Below are positions 25,550 to 38,580 of a stretch of 64,000 nt of DNA, one piece after another. The translations under genes and the position numbers were made by a program. This DNA comes from Lama guanicoe (lineage: Eukaryota): assembly GCA_013239625.1 (NCBI GenBank), contig MU053754.1:1407966-1471965 (forward strand), written 5' to 3'. How positions within the stretch are numbered: position 1 is the stretch's first letter; each line of letters opens with the position of its first letter. The notes beneath the pieces are model-generated. The model saw nothing but the letters and a program-made list of their open reading frames with translations. It made no database searches and was not told the DNA's origin.

Positions 25550-25990
25550 ATTTTCCCAAAATATCATACCTTCTCTAACCTCTGGGCCTTACACATGCCA
25601 TCCCTCTGCCTAGAATAATCTCCCACACCTTCCTCCTCTCTTATGCCAAAAATTTATCTCTATCACTTGCCAGGCTAACTCCTGATCATTCTTCTGGACT
25701 ACTAAATTCTAGAAGCACCTCTAGATCCCAGAATCCAAGACAACTGGCAACACAAGATTCTTCCATTTGTCCCACTATGCCCCACTGTACCTATTAAATG
25801 TTTGAAAAAATAATAAATAAATAAATAAATAAATAAATGTTTGAAAGCCGCTCATCTCTCTCTCTTCTCACATGACAATCTCTATGACTACAGACTGCAT
25901 CCTTCTTACTAACCTTTGTGCCCTCAGACCCTAGATTAGTGTCTGGTATACAGCTAATACTCGGAAAAAAATGATTGTTGCATAAATAAT
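25550..25990 (+). mobile_element. L2 3' end
   Basis: 'ctctgggccttacacatgccatccctctgcctagaataatct...agtgtctggtatacagctaatactc...ttgttgcataaata'. Confidence 0.6.
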
Positions 25991-27080
25991 TTGGATACAA
26001 ATACCTATTTTTTGTGAACCATGAACACACTACATAACAAACATAAACTTATCCTACCTACTGACATTTTCTCTTTCCCCACTTTTTTCTTATCATAATT
26101 CAAAGATTAAAATAATTTAAAGCTCTGCTTTTGGAGAGCTGTAAATTCAAATCAAATACATAAGCTTAGACTCAATCTAAGCAATGTGCCCCATTCACCT
26201 AGAGATAATCTGATGTTCACCAAAATTTTCACAGCACAAAAAATGACATATTTGGACCAAAAATAAACTAGAAGTTGTAGTTGGAACTGTCAGTCAGGAT
26301 ATATTTTTGATGTCTTAAAAATATTCTCATTACATGGGGACACTGACCACTCCAAACTAGAACTCTCGGGTTTATTCACGCTAGTAACTTACCTCTTTTT
26401 CCAGCTCATCCCTAACAAAACCTCTAGAACAAAATATCCCCAATGACTGAATGCTCGTTCTTAGGAAATAATTGCTTGCAACAAATCAACACCTAATCTA
26501 AATACAGCCTTCATTTGTCTTTCACAGTTCTTTGTAAAAATACTGGCTTCTCACACTGATTTACAGGCTTCTAGATGACATTTGAAGGACTTGTCTATTT
26601 AACATCATCACTGAAAATAAGCACTTCATCATAAATCCATTCATCAAAACTAAACCACTGATCATGCTCCTCTTCAATACAATGCATCCATTTTCCCAGT
26701 GCATAGCAATAAGTTAAGCAAACATTAAATTTACAGTGACAGTGATTCTCAGAAAGAGAACTGAGCAGCATATTCTCTAAAGTATTTACTTGGGCTTACA
26801 GTATGATGACCCAGAACACTTTGAACGGGGCTGGTAAGAGGATTTCAACAGTCCACTGTGCCCTCCAATCAATAACTAATCCATTGCTATCAAATAGCTT
26901 CTTTGGAGCACAGAGCCACTAAAGAATTGATGGAATGGAATGTCTATTACAACGTCTCCATATACTCACTTAGCTCTTTAGGAAACTGCAAGAGCCTGGG
27001 AGAAGTCATCAATGACTTTTAATAAAGCACAACTAAAAACGTATCAGATGTCTGTGACTATTTCTTATAGCCATGGTCTC

Positions 27081-27571
27081 ATTTTTTTTATTGAAGTATA
27101 TATGATTTACAATGTTGTGTTAGTTTCTGGTGTACAGCATAGTGATTCAGTTATATATATATACACATATATATATGTATATATATACATATATATATTC
27201 TTTTTCATTATAGGTTTTTATAAGATACTGAGTATAGTTCCCTATGCTATAGAATACGTCCTTGTTGTTTATCTATTTTATAGATAGCAGTTTGTACCCG
27301 CTAATCCCAAACTCCTAATTTATCTCTCCCCCCTCCCCCTTTTCTCTTTGGTAACCATAAGTTTGTTCTCTGTCTGTGAATCTGTTTCTGTTTTGTAAGT
27401 AAGCTCATTTGTATTATATTTTAGATTCCATATATAAACGATATTATATGGTGCTTGTCTTTCTCTGTCTGACTTGCTTCACTTAGTATGGTAATCTCTA
27501 GGTCCATCAATGTTGCTGCAAAGGGCATTATTCCAATCTTTTCATGGCTGAGTAGTATCCCCTTGCGTACA
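27081..27571 (-). mobile_element. 5'-truncated L1 3' end with 15-bp TSD
   Basis: 'ttttattgaagtatatatgatttacaatgttgtgttagtttctggtgtacagc'; TSD TATAGCCATGGTCTC at 27066-27080 and 27572-27586. Confidence 0.95.
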
Positions 27572-27576
27572 TATAG

Positions 27577-27776
27577 CCATGGTCTCGTCTGATGATGTCT
27601 AGAGACACTTTAGGTTGTCGTATCCCGGAAGGGCAGTGCTACTGGCATCTAGTGGGCGGGGACCAGGGATGCTGCTAAACACCCTGCCATGCACAAGACA
27701 GCTCTTCCTCCTGCCACATGATAACAAAGATTATCCAGTTTATAACGTCAGTGGTGCTGAGAATGAGAAACGCCGC
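27577..27776 (+). mobile_element. MER20
   Basis: 'gtgctactggcatctagtgggcggggaccagggatgctgctaaacaccctgccatgcacaagacagc...gagaaacgc'. Confidence 0.85.
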
Positions 27777-27803
27777 CTCAGAGAACGTTAATAGATGTAA
27801 TTT

Positions 27804-28111
27804 CTATAGCTGTGATATGGCAGCCACTAACCACATGTGGCTACTAAGCTTTTAAAATGTGGCAAGTCCAAACTGAGAGGCACTGTAAGTGAAAAATACA
27901 CTCTAGGTTTCAAAGACTTAGTGTGAAAAAAATGTATAATATCTTAATATTTTTATGATTAGATATTGAAATGATAATATTTTGGATATAGTGGCCTAAG
28001 TAAAATATATTATTTGAATTAACTGAATCTCTTTTTACTTTTTAAAATGTATCTACTAGAAAATGCAAAATTACATGTGTGGCTCACAGTCTATCTCTTT
28101 GGACAGCACTG
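27804..28111 (-). mobile_element. MER33 (hAT-Charlie MITE)
   Basis: 'gcagccactaaccacatgtggctac...gaaatgataatattttggatata...aattacatgtgtggctcac...ttggacagcactg'. Confidence 0.85.
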
Positions 28112-29297
28112 GGCAAGGAGTCCCTTTTGTTTCCTTGATGACCAACTGTCTGTACCCATGAACCTGCATTTGAATAAGTGATTCTCTCAAAGAAAATTTA
28201 ATCAAAAAGCACCCAGTCTGTGTCCATAGAAGCTGAATATAAGTGCCAAGCTATTTAATCAGGTCAGAGATGCATGAGCTGCAAGATGAAGTTTCTCTGT
28301 ATATATAGATTTACAAAACCTGGCTTAGGTTAAAAAAAATCAGAGTCATGGAAGTCTATTTTTCCTTATGCTCAAAAAGTTAGGAATTAAATCATTAGCA
28401 AAGTGTCCCACAGCTCAACAGACTGAAAGACTAGAAGAAGGTGAGCTAGCAAGGGGGTTTCAGCAGCAGGCAAATACTTCAAGAGGCCAGCGCAGTGTCC
28501 AGCTCACTGAAAAGAAGGACCCTGAGAAGAGTAGAAAATGAGAGAAATCCATAAAAGGGGTCACTCATCAGACTCAAACCCTCTCTACACATAGTACCAC
28601 AGGGACCGTGCTGGAGAGCAGAGCACAGGCCATGGCTCCCTCCCTAGGGATTCATATGAAAAGACAGGATAAACAGATGGAAACACTAAATAACAAGTCA
28701 CGATAATGCCTGGTGATGTTCCAAGTGAGAGTTCGGAGTGACAAGCAGAATCACGAGGCATGGAACTTGGACCCGGAAATAAGGGCAGAACAGACCAATA
28801 AAGGAGGTACTGTGGACAGGACTGCAGGCAGCGGGAGCACAGTTAGCCGACACTCAGAGCTGAAACAGGGCTGAGGTTCGTGACTGAGACGATGAGGGCT
28901 GACTGACCAAGGCTTCAGTGCACTTTGGGAAGAGTTTAACAATAAGGCAAACTTCCTTGTCTTAAGGACCAGGATGAGAATTTGAAACTTTATTCTATAG
29001 ACAATGGGAGCCAGGGGATGCTATGCAAAGAGAGAGGGGGGCATAAGGAGAACAATGCTGTAGGAATGCATGCGACACAGCCTAGAGAGGGAAGAAGTTT
29101 AATCAGCCCAGAATGTTCAGTGACGAAGCACCAGGGCAGTGGCAGCGTCTCCAGCGGGGAGGAGGCTTCAGGAACAGAGAAGAAAGATGACTGATTTTGA
29201 GTCTGAGTATATGGGAGAAGGAATCTGCATAGATACATAACAATGAATGTAAAAGAGATGGCATTAACCATCCAGTGTTTATTTTAGCAAAACACTA

Positions 29298-29450
29298 AGC
29301 ACAGGGACCAATATTCAATACTCGTAATAACCTATAATGAAAAAGAATACATATGTATAACTGAATCACTATGCTGTATACCAAAAACTAACACAATACT
29401 GTAAGTCAAGTCTACGTAACTTCAATTAAAACAAAAGAAAAGAAAATTAA
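29298..29450 (+). mobile_element. L1 3' end fragment
   Basis: 'agcacagggaccaatattcaatactcgtaataacctataatgaaaaagaata...aactgaatcactatgctgtatacc' followed by an A-rich tail. Confidence 0.85.
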
Positions 29451-30429
29451 AATGTTACCACACACACACAAAGCAAAGGAAAACTCAGCATTTTCAACTG
29501 AAGTGTGCTGGCAATGAGAATACCATGATGCCTAAGAACTATTAAGCACCAAAATGAAAACCAATAATGGCATTTAAATATTTGTTACAAAACATCCTAT
29601 CCCCTAATCTCCAACAACGTTGGGGCCAACAGTGAAGCCAATCTAACTAGGATGCAGTAGGAATTGCATCTTTCTTGAGAAAAGAATAACCGATCAAAAA
29701 TAGAGATAATCAAAAAAAACAACTTTTTTCCGAATACTGTTAATCACTTCCTAACAATCCAATATGCTTAGCGTAGCACCTAAGTTTTCACATGACATGG
29801 AAATTCAGTATTTCTACCATTTTATTCATGGAAATACAAAAGGATAAAGGAAAAGAAAAACAAGTATTTTTTAAAAAGGTTTCTGGTAAAACAAGAAGAA
29901 AGTTAAACCCCAGGCCTCCAAGCATCAAAGTGACTATCAGTGCAATGGAAGACTAACCAGGGTGTGTTGAGGAGAAGGCAGAAGCAAACAAAACCACCGA
30001 GACCATGCAGCAGCTAGAGCTCTGGTACCAGACTTGTTAAACACAACCGGAGGCACAGAACTAGGGTGACTTACTTGCAAGAAGAGAAGTAAGGGCTAAG
30101 AGCTGGCAGCAAGGCCTTTCTGTACCAAACCCACTTCCAGAAGGAGAGGAAGGAAAATTAAATGATGAATCACATGGACAAGTTTTATCTGAAGGCACTG
30201 TTCTGCCTCTATGGCAGCAAGAAAAAGAGAAATTTAAATTGTTAAAGAAAAATTTTAATCAGTCTTTTTCATTGGCTGAGAAGTAAAGGCTAAATAAATT
30301 TATATGGAAAACCCTGGGTTAACAGAAGAGGCCAGCTATCTTGGTATTGCTTCCTTCCCACAGAAAACATCCAGAAATTTAAAAAATATATATATGTATG
30401 TATATATGCAGAAATAAATAAGTTTCTTA

Positions 30430-32660
30430 TATCTAAACAACACAAATTAAGAGATATAATTGAAGACAAGGAACCACTTAAAATAGCAATAATAAAGATA
30501 AAAAGGTTAAAAATAAAATTTAAAAATATGTAAGGAATTTAGGAAGAATAATTTTTAAATTCTTCTAAAGTGGGTGAGGAGAAAATTTAAATACATGAAA
30601 GGCATTCCAAATTGTTGAGTATGAAGAATCAACATCATAACATGACTGTCCCTAAATCTATCTAAAATAGAACCCAAAGGATTTATTTTAGGAGTTAGGT
30701 ATGCTGGTTCTAAATTTCATAGGAACCATAGATAACTAAGAATAGCCAACAAAAAACTGAAGTAACTCAAGTTATAAAAGGAAAACAATTCAATAAAAAG
30801 GGCAAAGATTTTAACAGACAATTCATAAAGGAAAGATATTCATAAGCAGATGTACAATATTAAACCTCATCATTTAGCCATCAAAATGCAAAAAAAACAC
30901 AGTGTGATCCCACCAAATACCCACCCAGCATGAGGAAAATTAAAAAGACTGACAATATCAAATGATACTGAGGAATGAAGGTAACTGAAATTCTCATACA
31001 TGTTGGTGTGAGTGCAAAATGGTACAGCCACTTTGGAGAAAGACTAGTGGTTTCTTTAAAAGCTAAAAACTACCCTAGGACCCAGCAACTTCCCTCATAT
31101 GTATCTACGCCCTCCCCATCCAAAAAAGGAAAAGGAAACAAATGGGTCACAAGATAAACTGTGCAAGAACATTCATAGTAGCTTCATTCATAGTAGCCAA
31201 AAACTACAAGCAGCCCAGCTGTTGCTTAATAGGAGAATAAATAAACCAAATGTGGTACATTCATAAACGGAATATCACTCATCAATAAAAAGAAACGAAC
31301 TACAGATACATGCAACTACATGGTTAAGTCCCAAAAACTTGATGCTAGGTGAAAGAAGTCTTACACAGAGGCATGCACACCATGTGAAGCCAGGGTAGTA
31401 GCCTCTGTGGGAGTGCATGTCTGGGATCGCTGGCAAGACACATGAGGAAATTTTCTGGGGTGACGGTATTGTTCCGTATCTTAGTAAGAGTTTGGGTTAC
31501 ACAAGCATATACATTTGAGGAAACCCAGTGAATAGGCACGTAAGATTTGTACATTTTATTATGTGTAAGCTTTAGCTCAAAATTTTAAAAATACTATAAA
31601 CAAGTACTAAACTCTAGTGCCTGCTAAACTACCCAGGTGGAAGTGTACTAATGTCTCCATATTGAAACATACCAAAAGAACTAAGATGGATCAGTGTAGG
31701 ACAGATATGTGTCAAAGCAAGGTTAGTAAAGGTTAATAGTAGAATCTATGTGGTCGGCAAATGTGTATTCACTGAAAAGTTCTTTCAACATTTCCATATG
31801 CCTGAAATTTGTTTAAATAAAATGTTGGAAACAAGTCTGAAGAAACTAATGTAGTAATGAAGATTAGCCCTATACCATGCTAAAACTTACTTATGTTAGA
31901 TATTAGATTCAACATAAAGAGAAAAAAAGTCAATGGAATAGAGTAGAAAATTCAGAAACAGAACCTCCAAAATATGGAAACTGAGTGCTGTCAATGAGTA
32001 TAAAATTTCAGTCATATAAGTTCTAGAGCTCTGTTGTACAACATGGTGTCCAAAGCTAACAACACTGTACTGCGCACTTAAAAATTCGAGGCCAGGTCTC
32101 ACGTTAACCGTTCCTACCGCAATAAAATACTACAGAAATAGATTATATGTTATAGATGGCAACAACAACGAGAAGGGAAAAGATAGATTATTTAATAGTG
32201 TTGAGACAAATGGGCTGCCTTCTGGAGTCAGATACTTGGATCTATGTCTCACAGCTTATGCTGGGATAACTCCCAAACAGATCAAAAATTTAAATAAATA
32301 TAAAGTGTAGAAGGTACTAATAAACTGAAGAAACCATAGGATAATTCTTCTTTAAGCACTAGAGGGGAAAAGTCCTATCCAACTATGACCAAATGCCAGA
32401 AGTAATAAAAATACTGATTAAATCACAAAAAAGTCAGAACTCTTGAGGGCAAAACTACAATAAGCAAACTCAAAAGACAGATGACAAACTGCAGGAGTGG
32501 AGGGGACTGTAATATATCACCAATTTAATTTCTCTAATAAATAAGTAACTCAGATACAATGTCAGCAACTCAATAGAAAAAAAAACAAGAATTTTATGAA
32601 CAGAGAATTTACAGAAAAAGACAAATGGTTTTTAGTCCCATGAAAATATCCTCAATCTCA
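30430..32660 (+). mobile_element. Cluster of ancient L1M/L1ME fragments (ORF2 and 3' UTR), including an L1MA-type tip at ~31995-32130
   Basis: 'gcaaaatggtacagccactttggagaaag', 'cattcatagtagcttcattcatagtagcc', 'ttctagagctctgttgtacaacatggtg'; ORF 30975 contains L1-like AKWYSHFG. Confidence 0.75.
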
Positions 32661-33264
32661 AACATATCATTAAAAAAATGTATCTCTGTATGGTTTTAAT
32701 TTGCATTTCTAGTGAAAAAAAGAAAACTGCAGAGTCAATAATTCACCTTAAATAGGAGAGAAAGAAAACACACACACATACAGCACACATAAAAAATGTG
32801 TTTGTACCTATTTTTGAAAACTCTAGAAAGCAACCCAAGAAATAATAACATGGCTTGTTCTGAGTGACAGGTAGCTTTCTTTCACAGTCTATCCTTTTAT
32901 ATTTTTGAATTTTTAATCCTGTAAATGTACTACCTAGTAAAAAAAAATTAGATTTTATAAAGTAAAAAGAATTCTGCTGCCAACAGTGGCTGCAGAGACT
33001 GAGAGGCAGCCCTAGTCCTAGCCCAGCTCTGCTACTAATTAACTACGTGAACTTGGGCCAGTCTTAGGATCACTAACTATTCTGGCTGCAAAGAATCTCA
33101 GGAATATTCTCATCCCTTACGCCTGCTCTATAGACTAGGACACAAAACACAGACTAAATTCAGCGCCTTAGCCAAAGTCACAGGCAGATAGTTTACGGCA
33201 GAGCCAACAAAAGCTGTCAATGTGCTCGTTTCTTCTTATTTAAGATGGCAGCACTGTCATTACA

Positions 33265-34106
33265 AGATGAAAAGACAAGCCATGGAGACTGGGAGGAAAT
33301 ATTTGTAAACCACAGAAATGACAGAGAACTTGGATCCAGAATGTATAAAGAATTCTCAAAACTCAACAATAAGAAAGAAAACAAATTAGCACCTGAAAAG
33401 ATGTTCAACATCATTAGCCATCAGGGAAATGCAGATTAAAACCACAGTGAGATACCACTGTACATCTATTAGAATGGTTAAAACTTTTTTAAATTACACT
33501 ACTAAATGGTGGAAGGACTACGCAGCAGTTAGAATTCTCATACATCACTTGTATTACATAAAATGTAGAGGGGTACAAAAACACTTTAGAAAATAGTTTG
33601 GTGGTTTCTTACAAAATTAAACTTATACTTACTATGTAAGTCCAAAACCTGCACACAAATGTTCAGAGTAGTTTTACTCATAATCACCAAAAAGCTACAG
33701 AAACAAATGAAATGTCCTTCAGCTCCTGTATGTCCATACAATGGAATACTACACAGCAATAAAAAGGAACAAACTATGGATACACGCAACAACCTGGCTA
33801 GAACACAAAGGCATAATGTTGAGTGAAATCAGCCAATCCCAAAAGGCTACCTACTGCATGATCCGGTTTATATGACATTCTGGAAAAGGCAAAAATTGAA
33901 GAACAGACAACAGATCAGTAGTTGCCAAGAGTTCAGGTAGCAGGAGAGGTTGACTAAAAGGGGAAGCATAGGGAAATCTGGGTGGCATTGGGACTGCTCT
34001 GTCTCATGATTGTGGTGCTAGCACACAATTCTGTGCATTTGTCAAAACTCATAGAATTGGGTACTACAGAGAGTAGATTTTACTGTGTGTGAATTGAAAA
34101 ATAATT
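33265..34106 (+). mobile_element. Old L1 (L1MC/MB-like) ORF2 end + 3' UTR
   Basis: 'ttcaacatcattagccatcagggaaatgcagattaaaaccacagtgagatacc', 'catacaatggaatactacacagcaataaaaagg', 'catttgtcaaaactcatagaa'. Confidence 0.85.
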
Positions 34107-34116
34107 TTTAAATGGA

Positions 34117-34401
34117 GTTTTTTTTAATTGCACTACAGTCGATTTATAATGTGTCAATTTCTGGTGTACAGCGTAGTGATTCATATATATATGTGTGTAT
34201 ATATATCTTTTCATATTCTTTTTCATTATAGACCATTACAAAGTACTTAATATAGTTCCCTGTGCTATACAGGACCTTGTTGTTTATCTATCTTATACAT
34301 AGTTGTTAGTATCTACAAATCCTGAACTACCATTTATCCCTCCCCATGCCCTCTCCCCTCTGTAACAATAAGTTTGTTTTCTGTCTGTGAGTCTGTCTCT
34401 G
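34117..34401 (-). mobile_element. Young L1 3' end with 10-bp TSD
   Basis: Homologous to 27081-27400; TSD TTTAAATGGA at 34107-34116 and 34402-34411. Confidence 0.92.
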
Positions 34402-35124
34402 TTTAAATGGAATCTTAAATCAAAGGATGTCTAAGGACCTTTTCATCTCTAGAAATATGAAGATTCTTTTACTTCTTAAAAGGATAACAAATCACTGTCA
34501 AGGACTAGCAGGGATTTGTATTATACCTAGGAAATTTTTTTCTTATTTTTCTTTTGGAAAAGAAAAACAGAAAACGTGAATAACTATGAAATTCACGATG
34601 AAATGACAATATGGAGAAACAGGAAGCCCTAAAAAAAGTGTGAAATAATGGCTCAGAATTTCATCTCATTTGGAAGTGCTAAACACATTTTTCTTAATGG
34701 AGCCAGTCCCAAATTTTACTGTTTCAAGTTTGCTATCATATTTCAAAATTCCTTTTTTATTTAAAGGTGGGATCACTGGTTGGGCAGAGTCTGGATCTCC
34801 CCCCCTACACATTCTTTCCTTTCCCTCAGAGCATATTTGTGTGTCATCTGGACTCTAGAGAGCCACCATCTTTCAAATCACTTGTTTAGCTTTGGTCTCT
34901 TTTGTTCCATAAAGTTAATGTGAAGTACCTCTTAACATAGTTTCTTACCTTTTTATGGTTATGTATCCCTTTGAGAACCTGATGTAAGCTAAGACCCTAT
35001 CTGCAAGGATTAAAAAAATCAAGTCCATGACTACCCCTACATGCACAATTCTGGTTACGGTGACAGAGGCCCAAAGACATCCTCAGTCCAGTCGATTCTA
35101 AGATTCCAGGATTCCAGGTGTGCA

Positions 35125-35260
35125 GAGGAGAGGCTCCTGAGAGGAACCCTAGATTCAAATCCTGGCCCTGCCACTGAACAGATGTGTGAGCCTGGGCAAG
35201 TATCTACCCTCTCTCTGCCTCAGTGTGCTCATCTGTAAAGAGCAAGTAAACAGTGCTGCC
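35125..35260 (+). mobile_element. MIR SINE
   Basis: 'agattcaaatcctggccctgccactgaacagatgtgtgagcctgggcaagtatctaccctctctctgcctcagtgtgctcatctgtaaa'. Confidence 0.8.
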
Positions 35261-36239
35261 AGGATTCCACCGCACCTTGCCCCTGGAAGGCCTCTACAAA
35301 CATGTGCTAAGAGGAGGAGGAGGAAGAGTTGAGGGTGCTGCAACCACTGATGCCAAGGAAGCTCCTCCTGGTGGGAGGTGCAGAAATGCCATGTCATGAA
35401 AGCCAATGATGTGTAACCTCACAGTCCGTCATTTTCCCATGTGAGACTAAGGGCTACAACTAGTAACTGATCACGTGAATTATTAAGAGTTACCACACTA
35501 AAAGTTTCCCCAAGACTCTAACTCAGGTTTCTACTCAGACGTCTGCTACCAAACAACCGTCAGCAACACTGCGGTTTCTACTGGACTCTCACACCGGCTT
35601 CCCCGGACCAGAGGAAGGATGCTTCCTGTGGTTGCTGCTCCCTCAGCATCACTGTGGCTTGGGGACAGTTTGAATGGTTGTCATTCTTGATCTGGATAAT
35701 TTACATATTGCAAATATACACGTAATGGCTTCATCATTGTCAATTTTGTTTACTGAAGTTCATCTGATGGAATCAAGAGCAACAATGCAATCAACCTATA
35801 GTTTGCCTACGTTTTTCCAATAATTGGGTTTTAAGACACGTATATACTGTGACTCAAGTGGGAATCCTCTATACTCTGATGGCTGTAGTGGACATACACG
35901 TAACACCCAAAGGTATGCCTAGCGGGGGACAGTTCACTATTAACACCCAGTATTTGTTTTTTTTGTGGGTGGGATAGACTTTTTGTTTAGTCTGTTGACC
36001 ACTGGAAAGTAGGAGTTAGTAGTACAGACGGGGGAATGAATACAGTCTTTTTCTCTGCCTAAGTGGGCCACAGGAAATTACACACACACAAACACACACA
36101 AACCCAAGAACCACTAGACGGCCATATCTGAATTCAGGCATCATCGCTTTTCAGTTGTAAGAACCTGAACAAGTGAACAAAGTTCTCTGAACTTCTTCCC
36201 TATCTATAAAATCCAAACATTTACTTGGCTTCCCATAGA

Positions 36240-36455
36240 CCGAGGCCATCAAACTTTTTTGTAAAGAGTCACACGGTAAACATTTGTGGTTTTGGGGTGG
36301 CCACAGGGTATCTGTTGCCACTGCTCAGCTCTGCTGCGGTAGCGTGAAAGGAGCCATAGACCACACGTAAGCAGGTGGGCATGGCTGCGTCCCAGTGAAA
36401 TTTTATTTACAGAAGCAGGTGAGGGCTTGGCCAGCTGCAGTTTGCTGACCCTTGC
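36240..36455 (-). mobile_element. MER58A
   Basis: 'caaacttttttgtaaagagtc...ctgctcagctctgctgcggtagcgtgaaaggagccatagac...ttttatttacaga...agtttgctgacccttg'. Confidence 0.85.
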
Positions 36456-36546
36456 CACATATTGCTGTGAGAGTCACATGGCAAAACACAGTGGTGAGAA
36501 TACCATTATTGCTACCATCATCATCGTCATTGGCACCATTTACTTT

Positions 36547-36714
36547 ATTTTTAAAATAATTTTATTTACTTACTTATTATATATTATTTACTTTATTTTG
36601 ACAGTGGGGGAGGTAATCAGGTTTGTTTATTTTCAGAGGAGGTACTGGGGATTGAACCCAGGACCTCGTGCATGCTACGCATATGCTCTACTACTCAAGC
36701 TATACCCTCCCCCC
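36547..36714 (-). mobile_element. Camelid Vic-1-like tRNA-Ala-derived SINE with 11-bp TSD
   Basis: Minus strand 'gggggagggtatagcttgagtagtagagcatatgcgtagcatgcacgaggtcctgggttcaatccccagtacctcc...aaacctgattacctccccc' + A-rich tail; TSD CCATTTACTTT at 36536-36546 and 36716-36726. Confidence 0.92.
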
Positions 36715-37527
36715 GCCATTTACTTTGAAAAGCACTCTCATCCACAAGGTCCTGATGAGCCTCTTGGCAAACAGGAGGCAGAGCAAATACTACACAGCTC
36801 ACTGTGTAACTGAGGAAGGCAAGTTCCCAATAGGCTAACAGGTTGTGTGGCTGTGAGGCGGAGGTGCAGCAAGTAGCCTTCAGCTCCCCTGACTGTTAGT
36901 CTTTCTTCTCCATCACTCAGAGAGCTCTGGAAACCTCAGCCCACTGAACAAACGCAAGGGATCATTTTCATGTCATTACACTATGTCCCCAGCGACAAGC
37001 CAAACCTTTTTATTGCTGAGATATAAAAAGAAAAAATGCTTGGGGAAAAAATAGAAAGGCATTTATTTCTATTACTGTAAGCTTTTAAAAATGATTTCCC
37101 CTGAATAGGCTATTTTCCTCTTTTCTGTCCAGCTATTATCATTTTTATCTCCTGGTTGTAAAATACATATTTGCCATTTGTCTGAAGAACAGGGCAGCCC
37201 TCTCCAATCCATCACACAGCCCTGCTCTTACCAGCACTCACAACTCATCAGGAAAACGACTGCCTGATTAGACAGGCACGCTCAGGCACAGCCTGCTCGG
37301 CATGTGTGGGGAGCCCTCCGCCCCCAGTGTGTCTCCCTCCAACAGCGCCCAGCATCGCCGGGTGCACAGTGCAGAGGGAGATGAAAGGTGAGTGTGCAAA
37401 GGAGGAGAATCACCTGGTTCATAACCAGCAGCCTTTGTTAAAGCTATTTTCCAACCAATTTAGTCAACTAACTTCTGGATGGTGATTTGATTCTTTCAGC
37501 CTGATGAGTTAGTGAAATGAAAACCTT

Positions 37528-37547
37528 GAGAGAGAGAGAGAGAGAGA
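37528..37547. repeat. (GA)n microsatellite
   Basis: Read directly. Confidence 0.9.
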
Positions 37548-37719
37548 ATCTACAGGGATTCTTTCTCCTGATTACAATTCAGCCTACGTCATCTCTCAGG
37601 ATTCCAGGGAAGGGGCTATTGTGTGTAAAGGTCATACTTGAAAACATTCACAGTCAGATGAGCAAAACTGCAGTCCACAGCTCCTGCAAGTCCTGTGACT
37701 CAGGGCTTCAGCACTGAAA

Positions 37720-37855
37720 ACTGAGGCTGAGTTGAATCCTGCCTCTGCGAGAGAGGTAACATCCACAGCCTACGCCCTGTGACTTGAGGTGCTAGTCACT
37801 AATCTCAGACTCAGCTTCCTCATCTCAAAAATGGGAACAATAGAGACACTGCCTT
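37720..37855 (+). mobile_element. MIR SINE
   Basis: 'ctgagttgaatcctgcctctgc...tcacttaatctcagactcagcttcctcatctcaaaaatgggaacaatag'. Confidence 0.65.
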
Positions 37856-37959
37856 ACACGGCACACACATACACAGTTACATACTTACCTATGTGCATGA
37901 ACACACATATGTATGTAAACTTTAAAAAAAGCCTTTTTCTTAGTCATACCACGACTGCT

Positions 37960-38580
37960 TGGGCTTGACCTAACCGCTGTTCCCGCTGGCAGTGCTTATG
38001 GGATTTTAGGAGTTATACGGGGCAGCTTTGAGGAGCCTCAGAACTGCCAACACCCGCTGCAGGTATTCTGCCTTGATTACGCCCACCTCCCACTCCGCTA
38101 AGCTAGGTCTAGCAGCTCCCGGTGCACAGCTGGGTCTCCACCCCACCGGGGCTCAGAAGTCTGGTAACTGGCCCAAGGTCTGTCAGCTCCGGAGTTGCTG
38201 AGGGGGATTCAGACTGGAAGCAGAGCCCACATTCCTTCTACCTGCTCCACTTCCCCACTGTGGTGAACACCAAACAGGAAACTCCCCCAGATTCATCCAA
38301 GGGAAGGTTTAAACCGCCCAGAGCCCTAAGACAGGCAGCTGTTCCAATTATGTTGCCTGACCGGGCCCGGGAAAGAGCTAACTTACCAGCATGCGGGCCC
38401 GGCACACCAGCCAAGCAGAGTGGGCACACTCTGAAGGACCACCCGAGACTGCACACACACTTGAAAAAGCCCACACTCTGGAATGAACCTCACAAAGCCT
38501 GCCCAGTGAGCTCAGCCAGGTGACAGACTTCCCTCCACCACAAACAGCCAGAACACAGGGTCGGGGGCGTTAAGCATTAG
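37960..38580 (-). promoter_or_regulatory. Candidate alternative promoter / first exon
   Basis: Unique, locally GC- and CpG-enriched sequence with GC-box-like motifs (acgcccacc, gggggcgt) and a strong CTG|GTAAGT donor at 38386-38381. Confidence 0.3.
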
